From contig OZ059895.1 of assembly GCA_964057225.1 (NCBI GenBank), positions 6,944,001 through 7,008,000 on the forward strand: a stretch of 64,000 nt of DNA, written 5' to 3'. This DNA comes from Auanema rhodensis. Its lineage: Eukaryota > Animalia > Nematoda. The notes under the pieces are model-generated. The model saw only the letters and a program-made list of their open reading frames with translations, had not been told where the DNA came from and did not search any database. Below are positions 12,201-27,200 of the stretch, piece after piece (position 1 is the first letter of the stretch; each line of letters begins with the position of its first letter). The position numbers and the translations under genes are program-made.

Positions 12201-15200
12201 GTCTAGAGTTTTGAATGTTCTTCTGAACAGGAATACGGTGCACATGCCATTTGCCTTGGGGTATTCATCTTCATCTTTGGTTTAATTACCCAAGTTTGAG
12301 GTACTTTGATGATTCAACAACGGTTACACCTGATGTTGAACTAAATTTTGGAAAGCTCACTATATGTGAGCAACATTGATATTCCATCTCTCTGAAGATT
12401 CGGAAGCTTGTCTATCTCTTGACCGGAAATGGTTATTGTTCAGACAATCTCAGTCTAGAGTTTTGATTGTTCTTCTGAACAGGAATACGGTGCACATGCC
12501 ATTTGCCTTGGGGTATTCATCTTCATCTTTGGTTTAATTACCCAAGTTTGAGGTACTTTGATGATTCAACAACGGTTACACCTGATGTTGAACTAAATTT
12601 TGGAAAGCTCACTATATGTGAGCAACATTGATATTCCATCTCTCTGAAGATTCGGAAGCTTGTCTATCTCTTGACCGGAAATGGTTATTGTTCAGACAAT
12701 CTCAGTCTAGAGTTTTGAATGTTCTTCTGAACAGGAATACGGTGCACATGCCATTTGCCTTGGGGTATTCATCTTCATCTTTGGTTTAATTACCCAAGTT
12801 TGAGGTACTTTGATGATTCAACAACGGTTACACCTGATGTTGAACTAAATTTTGGAAAGCTCACTATATGTGAGCAACATTGATATTTCATCTCTCTGAA
12901 GATTCGGAAGCTTGTCTATCTCTTGACCGGAAACTTTTATTGTTCAGACAATCTCAGTCTAGAGTTTTGAATGTTCTTCTGAACAGGAATACGGTGCACG
13001 TGCCATTTGCCTTGGGGTATTCAACTTAATTTTTGGTTTAATTACCCAAGTTTGAGGTACTTTGATGATTCAACAAGGGTTACACCTGATGTTGAACTAA
13101 ATTTTGGAAAGCTCACTATATGTGAGCAACATTGATATTCCATCTTTCTGAAGATTCTGAAGCTTGTCTATCTCTTGATCGGAAACTTTTATTGTTCAGA
13201 CAATCTCAGTCTAGAGTTTTGAATGTTCTTCTGAACAGGAATACGGTGCACGTGCCATTTGCCTTGGGGTATTCAACTTCATTTTTGGTTTAATTACCCA
13301 AGTTTGAGGTACTTTGATGATTCAACAAGGGTTACACCTGATGTTGAACTAAATTTTGGAAAGCTCACTATATGTGAGCAACATTGATATTCCATCTCTC
13401 TGAAGATTCGGAAGCTTGTCTATCTCTTGATCGGAAATGTTTATTGTTCAGACAATCTCAGTCTAGAGTTTTGAATGTTCTTCTGAACAGGAATACGGTG
13501 CACGTGCCATTTGCCTTGGGGTATTCAACTTAATTTTTGGTTTAATTACCCAAGTTTGAGGTACTTTGATGATTCAACAAGGGTTACACCTGATGTTGAA
13601 CTAAATTTTGGAAAGCTCACTATATGTGAGCAACATTGATATTCCATCTTTCTGAAGATTCTGAAGCTTGTCTATCTCTTGATCGGAAATGTTTATTGTT
13701 CAGACAATCTCAGTCTAGAGTTTTGAATGTTCTTCTGAACAGGAATACGGTGCACGTGCCATTTGCCTTGGGGTATTCAACTTCATTTTTGGTTTAATTA
13801 CCCAAGTTTGAGGTACTTTGATGATTCAACAAGGGTTACACCTGATGTTGAACTAAATTTTGGAAAGCTCACTATATGTGAGCAACATTGATATTTCTTC
13901 TCTCTGAACATTCGGAAGCTTGTCTATCTCTTGACCGGAAATGGTTATTGTTCAGACAATCTCAGTCTAGAGTTTTGAATGTTCTTCTGAACAGGAATAC
14001 GGTGCACGTGCCATTTGCCTTGGGGTATTCAACTTCATTTTTGGTTTAATTACCCAAGTTTGAGGTACTTTGATGATTCAACAACGGTTACACCTGATGT
14101 TGAACTAAATTTTGGAAAGCTCACTATATGTGAGCAACATTGATATTCCATCTCTCTGAAGATTCGGAAGCTTGTCTATCTCTTGATCGGAAATGTTTAT
14201 TGTTCAGACAATCTCAGTCTAGAGTTTTGAATGTTCTTCTGAACAGGAATACGGTGCACGTGCCATTTGCCTTGGGGTATTCAACTTAATTTTTGGTTTA
14301 ATTACCCAAGTTTGAGGTACTTTGATGATTCAACAAGGGTTACACCTGATGTTGAACTAAATTTTGGAAAGCTCACTATATGTGAGCAACATTGATATTC
14401 CATCTTTCTGAAGATTCTGAAGCTTGTCTATCTCTTGATCGGAAATGTTTATTGTTCAGACAATCTCAGTCTAGAGTTTTGAATGTTCTTCTGAACAGGA
14501 ATACGGTGCACGTGCCATTTGCCTTGGGGTATTCAACTTCATTTTTGGTTTAATTACCCAAGTTTGAGGTACTTTGATGATTCAACAACGGTTACACCTG
14601 ATGTTGAACTAAATTTTGGAAAGCTCACTATATGTGAGCAACATTGATATTTCATCTCTCTGAAGATTCGGAAGCTTGTCTATCTCTTGACCGGAAACTT
14701 TTATTGTTCAGGCAATCTCAGTCTAGAGTTTTGAATGTTCTTCTGAACAGGAATACGGTGCACGTGCCATTTGCCTTGGGGTATTCAACTTCATCTTTGG
14801 TTTAATTACCCAAGTTTGAGGTACTTTGATGATTCAACAAGGGTTACACCTGATGTTGAACTAAATTTTGGAAAGCTCACTATATGTGAGCAACATTGAT
14901 ATTTCTTCTCTCTGAACATTCGGAAGCTTGTCTATCTCTTGACCGGAAATGGTTATTGTTCAGACAATCTCAGTCTAGAGTTTTGAATGTTCTTCTGAAC
15001 AGGAATACGGTGCACGTGCCATTTGCCTTGGGGTATTCAACTTCAATTTTGGTTTAATTACCCAAGTTTGAGGTACTTTGATGATTCAACAACGGTTACA
15101 CCTGATGTTGAACTAAATTTTGGAAAGCTCACTATATGTGAGCAACATTGATATTTCATCTCTCTGAAGATTCGGAAGCTTGTCTATCTCTTGACCGGAA

Positions 15201-18200
15201 ATGGTTATTGTTCAGACAATCTCAGTCTAGAGTTTTGAATGTTCTTCTGAACAGGAATACGGTGCACGTGCCATTTGCCTTGGGGTATTCAACTTCATCT
15301 TTGGTTTAATTACCCAAGTTTGAGGTACTTTGATGATTCAACAAGGGTTACACCTGATGTTGAACTAAATTTTGGAAAGCTCACTATATGTGAGCAACAT
15401 TGATATTTCTTCTCTCTGAACATTCGGAAGCTTGTCTATCTCTTGACCGGAAATGGTTATTGTTCAGACAATCTCAGTCTAGAGTTTTGAATGTTCTTCT
15501 GAACAGGAATACGGTGTACGTGCCATTTGCCTTGGGGTATTCAACTTCATTTTTGGTTTAATTACCCAAGTTTGAGGTACTTTGATGATTCAACAAGGGT
15601 TACACCTGATGTTGAACTAAATTTTGGAAAGCTCACTATATGTGAGCAACATTGATATTTCTTCTCTCTGAACATTCGGAAGCTTGTCTATCTCTTGACC
15701 GGAAATGGTTATTGTTCAGACAATCTCAGTCTAGAGTTTTGAATGTTCTTCTGAACAGGAATACGGTGCACGTGCCATTTGCCTTGGGGTATTCAACTTC
15801 ATTTTTGGTTTAATTACCCAAGTTTGAGGTACTTTGATGATTCAACAAGGGTTACACCTGATGTTGAACTAAATTTTGGAAAGCTCACTATATGTGAGCA
15901 ACATTGATATTTCATCTCTCTGAACATTCGGAAGCTTGTCTATCTCTTGACCGGAAATGGTTATTGTTCAGACAATCTCAGTCTAGAGTTTTGAATGTTC
16001 TTCTGAACAGGAATACGGTGCACGTGCCATTTGCCTTGGGGTATTCAACTTCATCTTTGGTTTAATTACCCAAGTTTGAGGTACTTTGATGATTCAACAA
16101 GGGTTACACCTGATGTTGAACTAAATTTTGGAAAGCTCACTATAAATTTTGGAAAGCTCACTATAAATTTTGGAAAGCTCACCATTGATATTTCTTCTCT
16201 CTGAACATTCGGAAGCTTGTCTATCTCTTGACCGAAAATGGTTATTGTTCAGACAATCTCAGTCTAGAGTTTTGAATGTTCTTCTGAACAGGAATACGGT
16301 GCACGTGCCATTTGCCTTGGGGTATTCAACTTCATTTTTGGTTTAATTACCCAAGTTTGAGGTACTTTGATGATTCAACAAGGGTTACACCTGATGTTGA
16401 ACTAAATTTTGGAAAGCTCACTATATGTGAGCAACATTGATATTTCTTCTCTCTGAACATTCGGAAGCTTGTCTATCTCTTGACCGGAAATGGTTATTGT
16501 TCAGACAATCTCAGTCTAGAGTTTTGAATGTTCTTCTGAACAGGAATACGGTGCACGTGCCATTTGCCTTGGGGTATTCAACTTCATTTTTGGTTTAATT
16601 ACCCAAGTTTGAGGTACTTTGATGATTCAACAACGGTTACACCTGATGTTGAACTAAATTTTGGAAAGCTCACTATATGTGAGCAACATTGATATTTCTT
16701 CTCTCTGAACATTCGGAAGCTTGTCTATCTCTTGACCGGAAATGGTTATTGTTCAGACAATCTCAGTCTAGAGTTTTGAATGTTCTTCTGAACAGGAATA
16801 CGGTGCACATGCCATTTGCCTTGGGGTATTCAACTTCATTTTTGGTTTAATTACCCAAGTTTGAGGTACTTTGATGATTCAACAACGGTTACACCTGATG
16901 TTGAACTAAATTTTGGAAAGCTCACTATATGTGAGCAACATTGATATTTCATCTTTCTGAAGATTCTGAACATTCTGAAGCTTGTCTATCTCTTGACCGA
17001 AAATGGTTATTGTTCAGACAATCTCAGTCTAGAGTTTTGAATGTTCTTCTGAACAGGAATACGGTGCACATGCCATTTGCCTTGGGGTATTCAACTTCAT
17101 TTTTGGTTTAATTACCCAAGTTTGAGGTACTTTGATGATTCAACAACGGTTACACCTGATGTTGAACTAAATTTTGGAAAGCTCACTATATGTGAGCAAC
17201 ATTGATATTTCATCTCTCTGAAGATTCGGAAGCTTGTCTATCTCTTGACCGGAAACTTTTATTGTTCAGGCAATCTCAGTCTAGAGTTTTGAATGTTTTT
17301 CTGAACAGGAATACGGTGCACGTGCCATTTGCCTTGGGGTATTCAACTTCATCTTTGGTTTAATTACCCAAGTTTGAGGTACTTTGATGATTCAACAAGG
17401 GATACACCTGATGTTGAACTAAATTTTGGAAAGCTCGCTATATGTGAGCAACATTGATATTTCATCTCTCTGAAGATTCGGAAGCTTGTCTATCTCTTTA
17501 CCGGAAACTTTTATTGTTCAGACAATCTCAGTCTAGAGTTTTGAATGTTCTTCTGAACAGGAATACGGTGCACGTGCCATTTGCCTTGGGGTATTCATCT
17601 TCATCTTTGGTTTAATTACCCAAGTTTGAGGTACTTTGATGATTCAACAACGGTTACACCTGATGTTGAACTAAATTTTGGAAAGCTCACTATATGTGAG
17701 CAACATTGATATTTCATCTCTCTGAAGATTCGGAAGCTTGTCTATCTCTTGACCGGAAATGTTTATTGTTCAGACAATCTCACTCTAGAGTTTTGAATGT
17801 TCTTCTGAACAGGAATACGGTGCACGTGCCATTTGCCTTAGGGTATTCAACTTCATTTTTGGTTTAATTACCCAAGTTTGAGGTACTTTGATGATTCAAC
17901 AAGGGTTACACCTGATGTTGAACTAAATTTTGGAAAGCTCACTATATGTGAGCAACATTGATATTTCATCTCTCTGAAGATTCGGAAGCTTGTCTATCTC
18001 TTTACCGGAAACTTTTATTGTTCAGACAATCTCAGTCTAGAGTTTTGAATGTTCTTCTGAACAGGAATACGGTGCACGTGCCATTTGCCTTAGGGTATTC
18101 AACTTCATTTTTGGTTTAATTACCCAAGTTTGAGGTACTTTGATGATTCAACAAGGGATACACCTGATGTTGAACTAAATTTTGGAAAGCTCGCTATATG

Positions 18201-21200
18201 TGAGCAACATTGATATTTCATCTCTCTGAAGATTCGGAAGCTTGTCTATCTCTTTACCGGAAACTTTTATTGTTCAGACAATCTCAGTCTAGAGTTTTGA
18301 ATGTTCTTCTGAACAGGAATACGGTGCACGTGCCATTTGCCTTGGGGTATTCATCTTCATCTTTGGTTTAATTACCCAAGTTTGAGGTACTTTGATGATT
18401 CAACAACGGTTACACCTGATGTTGAACTAAATTTTGGAAAGCTCACTATATGTGAGCAACATTGATATTTCATCTCTCTGAAGATTCGGAAGCTTGTCTA
18501 TCTCTTGACCGGAAATGTTTATTGTTCAGACAATCTCACTCTAGAGTTTTGAATGTTCTTCTGAACAGGAATACGGTGCACGTGCCATTTGCCTTAGGGT
18601 ATTCAACTTCATTTTTGGTTTAATTACCCAAGTTTGAGGTACTTTGATGATTCAACAAGGGTTACACCTGATGTTGAACTAAATTTTGGAAAGCTCACTA
18701 TATGTGAGCAACATTGATATTTCATCTCTCTGAAGATTCGGAAGCTTGTCTATCTCTTTACCGGAAACTTTTATTGTTCAGACAATCTCAGTCTAGAGTT
18801 TTGAATGTTCTTCTGAACAGGAATACGGTGCACGTGCCATTTGCCTTAGGGTATTCAACTTCATTTTTGGTTTAATTACCCAAGTTTGAGGTACTTTGAT
18901 GATTCAACAAGGGATACACCTGATGTTGAACTAAATTTTGGAAAGCTCGCTATATGTGAGCAACATTAATATTTCATCTCTCTGAAGATTCGGAAGCTTG
19001 TCTATCTCTTGACCGGAAATGTTTATTGTTCAGACAATCTCACTCTAGAGTTTTGAATGTTCTTCTGAACAGGAATACGGTGCACGTGCCATTTGCCTTA
19101 GGGTATTCAACTTCATTTTTGGTTTAATTACCCAAGTTTGAGGTACTTTGATGATTCAACAAGGGTTACACCTGATGTTGAACTAAATTTTGGAAAGCTC
19201 ACTATATGTGAGCAACATTGATATTTCATCTCTCTGAAGATTCGGAAGCTTGTCTATCTCTTTACCGGAAACTTTTATTGTTCAGACAATCTCAGTCTAG
19301 AGTTTTGAATGTTCTTCTGAACAGGAATACGGTGCACGTGCCATTTGCCTTGGGGTATTCAACTTCATTTTTGGTTTAATTACCCAAGTTTGAGGTACTT
19401 TGATGATTCAACAAGGGATACACCTGATGTTGAACTAAATTTTGGAAAGCTCGCTATATGTGAGCAACATTAATATTTCATCTCTCTGAAGATTCGGAAG
19501 CTTGTCTATCTCTTGACCGGAAATGTTTATTGTTCAGACAATCTCACTCTAGAGTTTTGAATGTTCTTCTGAACAGGAATACGGTGCACGTGCCATTTGC
19601 CTTAGGGTATTCAACTTCATTTTTGGTTTAATTACCCAAGTTTGAGGTACTTTGATGATTCAACAAGGGTTACACCTGATGTTGAACTAAATTTTGGAAA
19701 GCTCACTATATGTGAGCAACATTGATATTTCATCTCTCTGAAGATTCGGAAGCTTGTCTATCTCTTTACCGGAAACTTTTATTGTTCAGACAATCTCAGT
19801 CTAGAGTTTTGAATGTTCTTCTGAACAGGAATACGGTGCACGTGCCATTTGCCTTGGGGTATTCAACTTCATTTTTGGTTTAATTACCCAAGTTTGAGGT
19901 ACTTTGATGATTCAACAAGGGTTACACCTGATGTTGAACTAAATTTTGGAAAGCTCGCTATATGTGAGCAACATTAATATTTCATCTCTCTGAAGATTCG
20001 GAAGCTTGTCTATCTCTTTACCGGAAACTTTTATTGTTCAGACAATCTCACTCTAGAGTTTTGAATGTTCTTCTGAACAGGAATACGGTGCACGTGCCAT
20101 TTGCCTTAGGGTATTCAACTTCATTTTTGGTTTAATTACCCAAGTTTGAGGTACTTTGATGATTCAACAAGGGTTACACCTGATGTTGAACTAAATTTTG
20201 GAAAGCTCACTATATGTGAGCAACATTGATATTTCATCTCTCTGAAGATTCGGAAGCTTGTCTATCTCTTTACCGGAAACTTTTATTGTTCAGACAATCT
20301 CACTCTAGAGTTTTGAATGTTCTTCTGAACAGGAATACGGTGCACGTGCCATTTGCCTTGGGGTATTCAACTTCATTTTTGGTTTAATTACCCAAGTTTG
20401 AGGTACTTTGATGATTCAACAAGGGTTACACCTGATGTTGAACTAAATTTTGGAAAGCTCGCTATATGTGAGCAACATTAATATTTCATCTCTCTGAAGA
20501 TTCGGAAGCTTGTCTATCTCTTGACCGGAAATGTTTATTGTTCAGACAATCTCACTCTAGAGTTTTGAATGTTCTTCTGAACAGGAATACGGTGCACGTG
20601 CCATTTGCCTTAGGGTATTCAACTTCATTTTTGGTTTAATTACCCAAGTTTGAGGTACTTTGATGATTCAACAAGGGTTACACCTGATGTTGAACTAAAT
20701 TTTGGAAAGCTCACTATATGTGAGCAACATTGATATTTCATCTCTCTGAAGATTCGGAAGCTTGTCTATCTCTTTACCGGAAACTTTTATTGTTCAGACA
20801 ATCTCAGTCTAGAGTTTTGAATGTTCTTCTGAACAGGAATACGGTGCACGTGCCATTTGCCTTGGGGTATTCAACTTCATTTTTGGTTTAATTACCCAAG
20901 TTTGAGGTACTTTGATGATTCAACAAGGGTTACACCTGATGTTGAACTAAATTTTGGAAAGCTCGCTATATGTGAGCAACATTAATATTTCATCTCTCTG
21001 AAGATTCGGAAGCTTGTCTATCTCTTTACCGGAAACTTTTATTGTTCAGACAATCTCACTCTAGAGTTTTGAATGTTCTTCTGAACAGGAATACGGTGCA
21101 CGTGCCATTTGCCTTAGGGTATTCAACTTCATTTTTGGTTTAATTACCCAAGTTTGAGGTACTTTGATGATTCAACAAGGGTTACACCTGATGTTGAACT

Positions 21201-24200
21201 AAATTTTGGAAAGCTCACTATATGTGAGCAACATTGATATTTCATCTCTCTGAAGATTCGGAAGCTTGTCTATCTCTTTACCGGAAACTTTTATTGTTCA
21301 GACAATCTCACTCTAGAGTTTTGAATGTTCTTCTGAACAGGAATACGGTGCACGTGCCATTTGCCTTGGGGTATTCAACTTCATTTTTGGTTTAATTACC
21401 CAAGTTTGAGGTACTTTGATGATTCAACAAGGGTTACACCTGATGTTGAACTAAATTTTGGAAAGCTCACTATATGTGAGCAACATTGATATTTCATCTC
21501 TCTGAAGATTCGGAAGCTTGTCTATCTCTTGACCGGAAATGTTTATTGTTCAGACAATCTCTGTCTAGAGTTTTGAATGTTCTTCTGAACAGGAATACGG
21601 TGCACGTGCCATTTGCCTTGGGGTATTCAACTTCATTTTTGGTTTAATTACCCAAGTTTGAGGTACTTTGATGATTCAACAAGGGTTACACCTGATGTTG
21701 AACTAAATTTTGGAAAGCTCACTATATGTGAGCAACATTGATATTTCTTCTCTCTGAACATTCGGAAGCTTGTCTATCTCTTGACCGGAAATGGTTATTG
21801 TTCAGACAATCTCAGTCTAGAGTTTTGAATGTTCTTCTGAACAGGAATACGGTGCACGTGCCATTTGCCTTGGGGTATTCAACTTCATTTTTGGTTTAAT
21901 TACCCAAGTTTGAGGTACTTTGATGATTCAACAAGGGTTACACCTGATGTTGAACTAAATTTTGGAAAGCTCGCTATATGTGAGCAACATTAATATTTCA
22001 TCTCTCTGAAGATTCGGAAGCTTGTCTATCTCTTGACCGGAAATGTTTATTGTTCAGACAATCTCAGTCTAGAGTTTTGAATGTTCTTCTGAACAGGAAT
22101 ACGGTGCACGTGCCATTTGCCTTGGGGTATTCAACTTCATTTTTGGTTTAATTACCCAAGTTTGAGGTACTTTGATGATTCAACAAGGGTTACACCTGAT
22201 GTTGAACTAAATTTTGGAAAGCTCACTATATGTGAGCAACATTAATATTTCATCTCTCTGAAGATTCGGAAGCTTGTCTATCTCTTGACCGGAAATGTTT
22301 ATTGTTCAGACAATCTCAGTCTAGAGTTTTGAATGTTCTTCTGAACAGGAATACGGTGCACGTGCCATTTGCCTTAGGGTATTCAACTTCATTTTTGGTT
22401 TAATTACCCAAGTTTGAGGTACTTTGATGATTCAACAAGGGTTACACCTGATGTTGAACTAAATTTTGGAAAGCTCACTATATGTGAGCAACATTGATAT
22501 TTCATCTCTCTGAAGATTCGGAAGCTTGTCTATCTCTTTACCGGAAACTTTTATTGTTCAGACAATCTCAGTCTAGAGTTTTGAATGTTCTTCTGAACAG
22601 GAATACGGTGCACGTGCCATTTGCCTTGGGGGGTTCAACTTCATTTTTGGTTTAATTACCCAAGTTTGGGTACTTTGATGATTCAACAAGGGATACACCT
22701 GATGTTGAACTAAATTTTGGAAAGCTCACTATATGTGAGCAACATTGATATTTCATCTCTCTGAAGATTCGGAAGCTTGTCTATCTCTTTACCGGAAACT
22801 TTTATTGTTCAGACAATCTCAGTCTAGAGTTTTGAATGTTCTTCTGAACAGGAATACGGTGCACGTGCCATTTGCCTTGGGGGGTTCAACTTCATTTTTG
22901 GTTTAATTACCCAAGTTTGAGGTACTTTGATGATTCAACAAGGGTTACACCTGATGTTGAACTAAATTTTGGAAAGCTCGCTATATGTGAGCAACATTAA
23001 TATTTCATCTCTCTGAAGATTCGGAAGCTTGTCTATCTCTTGACCGGAAATGTTTATTGTTCAGACAATCTCACTCTAGAGTTTTGAATGTTCTTCTGAA
23101 CAGGAATACGGTGCACGTGCCATTTGCCTTAGGGTATTCAACTTCATTTTTGGTTTAATTACCCAAGTTTGAGGTACTTTGATGATTCAACAAGGGTTAC
23201 ACCTGATGTTGAACTAAATTTTGGAAAGCTCACTATATGTGAGCAACATTGATATTTCATCTCTCTGAAGATTCGGAAGCTTGTCTATCTCTTTACCGGA
23301 AACTTTTATTGTTCAGACAATCTCAGTCTAGAGTTTTGAATGTTCTTCTGAACAGGAATACGGTGCACGTGCCATTTGCCTTGGGGTATTCAACTTCATT
23401 TTTGGTTTAATTACCCAAGTTTGAGGTACTTTGATGATTCAACAAGGGTTACACCTGATGTTGAACTAAATTTTGGAAAGCTCGCTATATGTGAGCAACA
23501 TTAATATTTCATCTCTCTGAAGATTCGGAAGCTTGTCTATCTCTTTACCGGAAACTTTTATTGTTCAGACAATCTCACTCTAGAGTTTTGAATGTTCTTC
23601 TGAACAGGAATACGGTGCACGTGCCATTTGCCTTAGGGTATTCAACTTCATTTTTGGTTTAATTACCCAAGTTTGAGGTACTTTGATGATTCAACAAGGG
23701 TTACACCTGATGTTGAACTAAATTTTGGAAAGCTCACTATATGTGAGCAACATTGATATTTCATCTCTCTGAAGATTCGGAAGCTTGTCTATCTCTTTAC
23801 CGGAAACTTTTATTGTTCAGACAATCTCACTCTAGAGTTTTGAATGTTCTTCTGAACAGGAATACGGTGCACGTGCCATTTGCCTTGGGGTATTCAACTT
23901 CATTTTTGGTTTAATTACCCAAGTTTGAGGTACTTTGATGATTCAACAAGGGTTACACCTGATGTTGAACTAAATTTTGGAAAGCTCACTATATGTGAGC
24001 AACATTGATATTTCATCTCTCTGAAGATTCGGAAGCTTGTCTATCTCTTGACCGGAAATGTTTATTGTTCAGACAATCTCTGTCTAGAGTTTTGAATGTT
24101 CTTCTGAACAGGAATACGGTGCACGTGCCATTTGCCTTGGGGTATTCAACTTCATTTTTGGTTTAATTACCCAAGTTTGAGGTACTTTGATGATTCAACA

Positions 24201-27200
24201 AGGGTTACACCTGATGTTGAACTAAATTTTGGAAAGCTCACTATATGTGAGCAACATTGATATTTCTTCTCTCTGAACATTCGGAAGCTTGTCTATCTCT
24301 TGACCGGAAATGGTTATTGTTCAGACAATCTCAGTCTAGAGTTTTGAATGTTCTTCTGAACAGGAATACGGTGCACGTGCCATTTGCCTTGGGGTATTCA
24401 ACTTCATTTTTGGTTTAATTACCCAAGTTTGAGGTACTTTGATGATTCAACAAGGGTTACACCTGATGTTGAACTAAATTTTGGAAAGCTCGCTATATGT
24501 GAGCAACATTAATATTTCATCTCTCTGAAGATTCGGAAGCTTGTCTATCTCTTGACCGGAAATGTTTATTGTTCAGACAATCTCAGTCTAGAGTTTTGAA
24601 TGTTCTTCTGAACAGGAATACGGTGCACGTGCCATTTGCCTTGGGGTATTCAACTTCATTTTTGGTTTAATTACCCAAGTTTGAGGTACTTTGATGATTC
24701 AACAAGGGTTACACCTGATGTTGAACTAAATTTTGGAAAGCTCACTATATGTGAGCAACATTAATATTTCATCTCTCTGAAGATTCGGAAGCTTGTCTAT
24801 CTCTTGACCGGAAATGTTTATTGTTCAGACAATCTCAGTCTAGAGTTTTGAATGTTCTTCTGAACAGGAATACGGTGCACGTGCCATTTGCCTTAGGGTA
24901 TTCAACTTCATTTTTGGTTTAATTACCCAAGTTTGAGGTACTTTGATGATTCAACAAGGGTTACACCTGATGTTGAACTAAATTTTGGAAAGCTCACTAT
25001 ATGTGAGCAACATTGATATTTCATCTCTCTGAAGATTCGGAAGCTTGTCTATCTCTTTACCGGAAACTTTTATTGTTCAGACAATCTCAGTCTAGAGTTT
25101 TGAATGTTCTTCTGAACAGGAATACGGTGCACGTGCCATTTGCCTTGGGGGGTTCAACTTCATTTTTGGTTTAATTACCCAAGTTTGGGTACTTTGATGA
25201 TTCAACAAGGGATACACCTGATGTTGAACTAAATTTTGGAAAGCTCACTATATGTGAGCAACATTGATATTTCATCTCTCTGAAGATTCGGAAGCTTGTC
25301 TATCTCTTTACCGGAAACTTTTATTGTTCAGACAATCTCAGTCTAGAGTTTTGAATGTTCTTCTGAACAGGAATACGGTGCACGTGCCATTTGCCTTGGG
25401 GGGTTCAACTTCATTTTTGGTTTAATTACCCAAGTTTGAGGTACTTTGATGATTCAACAAGGGATACACCTGATGTTGAACTAAATTTTGGAAAGCTCGC
25501 TATATGTGAGCAACATTAATATTTCATCTCTCTGAAGATTCGGAAGCTTGTCTATCTCTTTACCGGAAACTTTTATTGTTCAGACAATCTCACTCTAGAG
25601 TTTTGAATGTTCTTCTGAACAGGAATACGGTGCACGTGCCATTTGCCTTAGGGTATTCAACTTCATTTTTGGTTTAATTACCCAAGTTTGAGGTACTTTG
25701 ATGATTCAACAAGGGTTACACCTGATGTTGAACTAAATTTTGGAAAGCTCACTATATGTGAGCAACATTGATATTTCATCTCTCTGAAGATTCGGAAGCT
25801 TGTCTATCTCTTTACCGGAAACTTTTATTGTTCAGACAATCTCACTCTAGAGTTTTGAATGTTCTTCTGAACAGGAATACGGTGCACGTGCCATTTGCCT
25901 TGAGGTATTCATCTTCATCTTTGGTTTAGTTACCCAAGTTTGAGGTACTTTGATGATTCAACAAGGGTTACACCTGATGTTGAACTAAATTTTGGAAAGC
26001 TCACTATATGTGAGCAACATTGATATTTCATCTCTCTGAAGATTCGGAAGCTTGTCTATCTCTTTACCGGAAACTTTTATTGTTCAGACAATCTCACTCT
26101 AGAGTTTTGAATGTTCTTCTGAACAGGAATACGGTGCACGTGCCATTTGCCTTAGGGTATTCAACTTCATTTTTGGTTTAATTACCCAAGTTTGAGGTAC
26201 TTTGATGATTCAACAAGGGTTACACCTGATGTTGAACTAAATTTTGGAAAGCTCGCTATATGTGAGCAACATTAATATTTCATCTCTCTGAAGATTCGGA
26301 AGCTTGTCTATCTCTTTACCGGAAACTTTTATTGTTCAGACAATCTCACTCTAGAGTTTTGAATGTTCTTCTGAACAGGAATACGGTGCACGTGCCATTT
26401 GCCTTAGGGTATTCAACTTCATTTTTGGTTTAATTACCCAAGTTTGAGGTACTTTGATGATTCAACAAGGGTTACACCTGATGTTGAACTAAATTTTGGA
26501 AAGCTCACTATATGTGAGCAACATTGATATTTCATCTCTCTGAAGATTCGGAAGCTTGTCTATCTCTTTACCGGAAACTTTTATTGTTCAGACAATCTCA
26601 CTCTAGAGTTTTGAATGTTCTTCTGAACAGGAATACGGTGCACGTGCCATTTGCCTTAGGGTATTCAACTTCATTTTTGGTTTAATTACCCAAGTTTGAG
26701 GTACTTTGATGATTCAACAAGGGTTACACCTGATGTTGAACTAAATTTTGGAAAGCTCGCTATATGTGAGCAACATTAATATTTCATCTCTCTGAAGATT
26801 CGGAAGCTTGTCTATCTCTTGACCGGAAATGTTTATTGTTCAGACAATCTCAGTCTAGAGTTTTGAATGTTCTTCTGAACAGGAATACGGTGCACGTGCC
26901 ATTTGCCTTGGGGTATTCAACTTCATTTTTGGTTTAATTACCCAAGTTTGAGGTACTTTGATGATTCAACAAGGGTTACACCTGATGTTGAACTAAATTT
27001 TGGAAAGCTCACTATATGTGAGCAACATTGATATTTCTTCTCTCTGAACATTCGGAAGCTTGTCTATCTCTTGACCGGAAATGGTTATTGTTCAGACAAT
27101 CTCAGTCTAGAGTTTTGAATGTTCTTCTGAACAGGAATACGGTGCACGTGCCATTTGCCTTGGGGTATTCAACTTCATTTTTGGTTTAATTACCCAAGTT

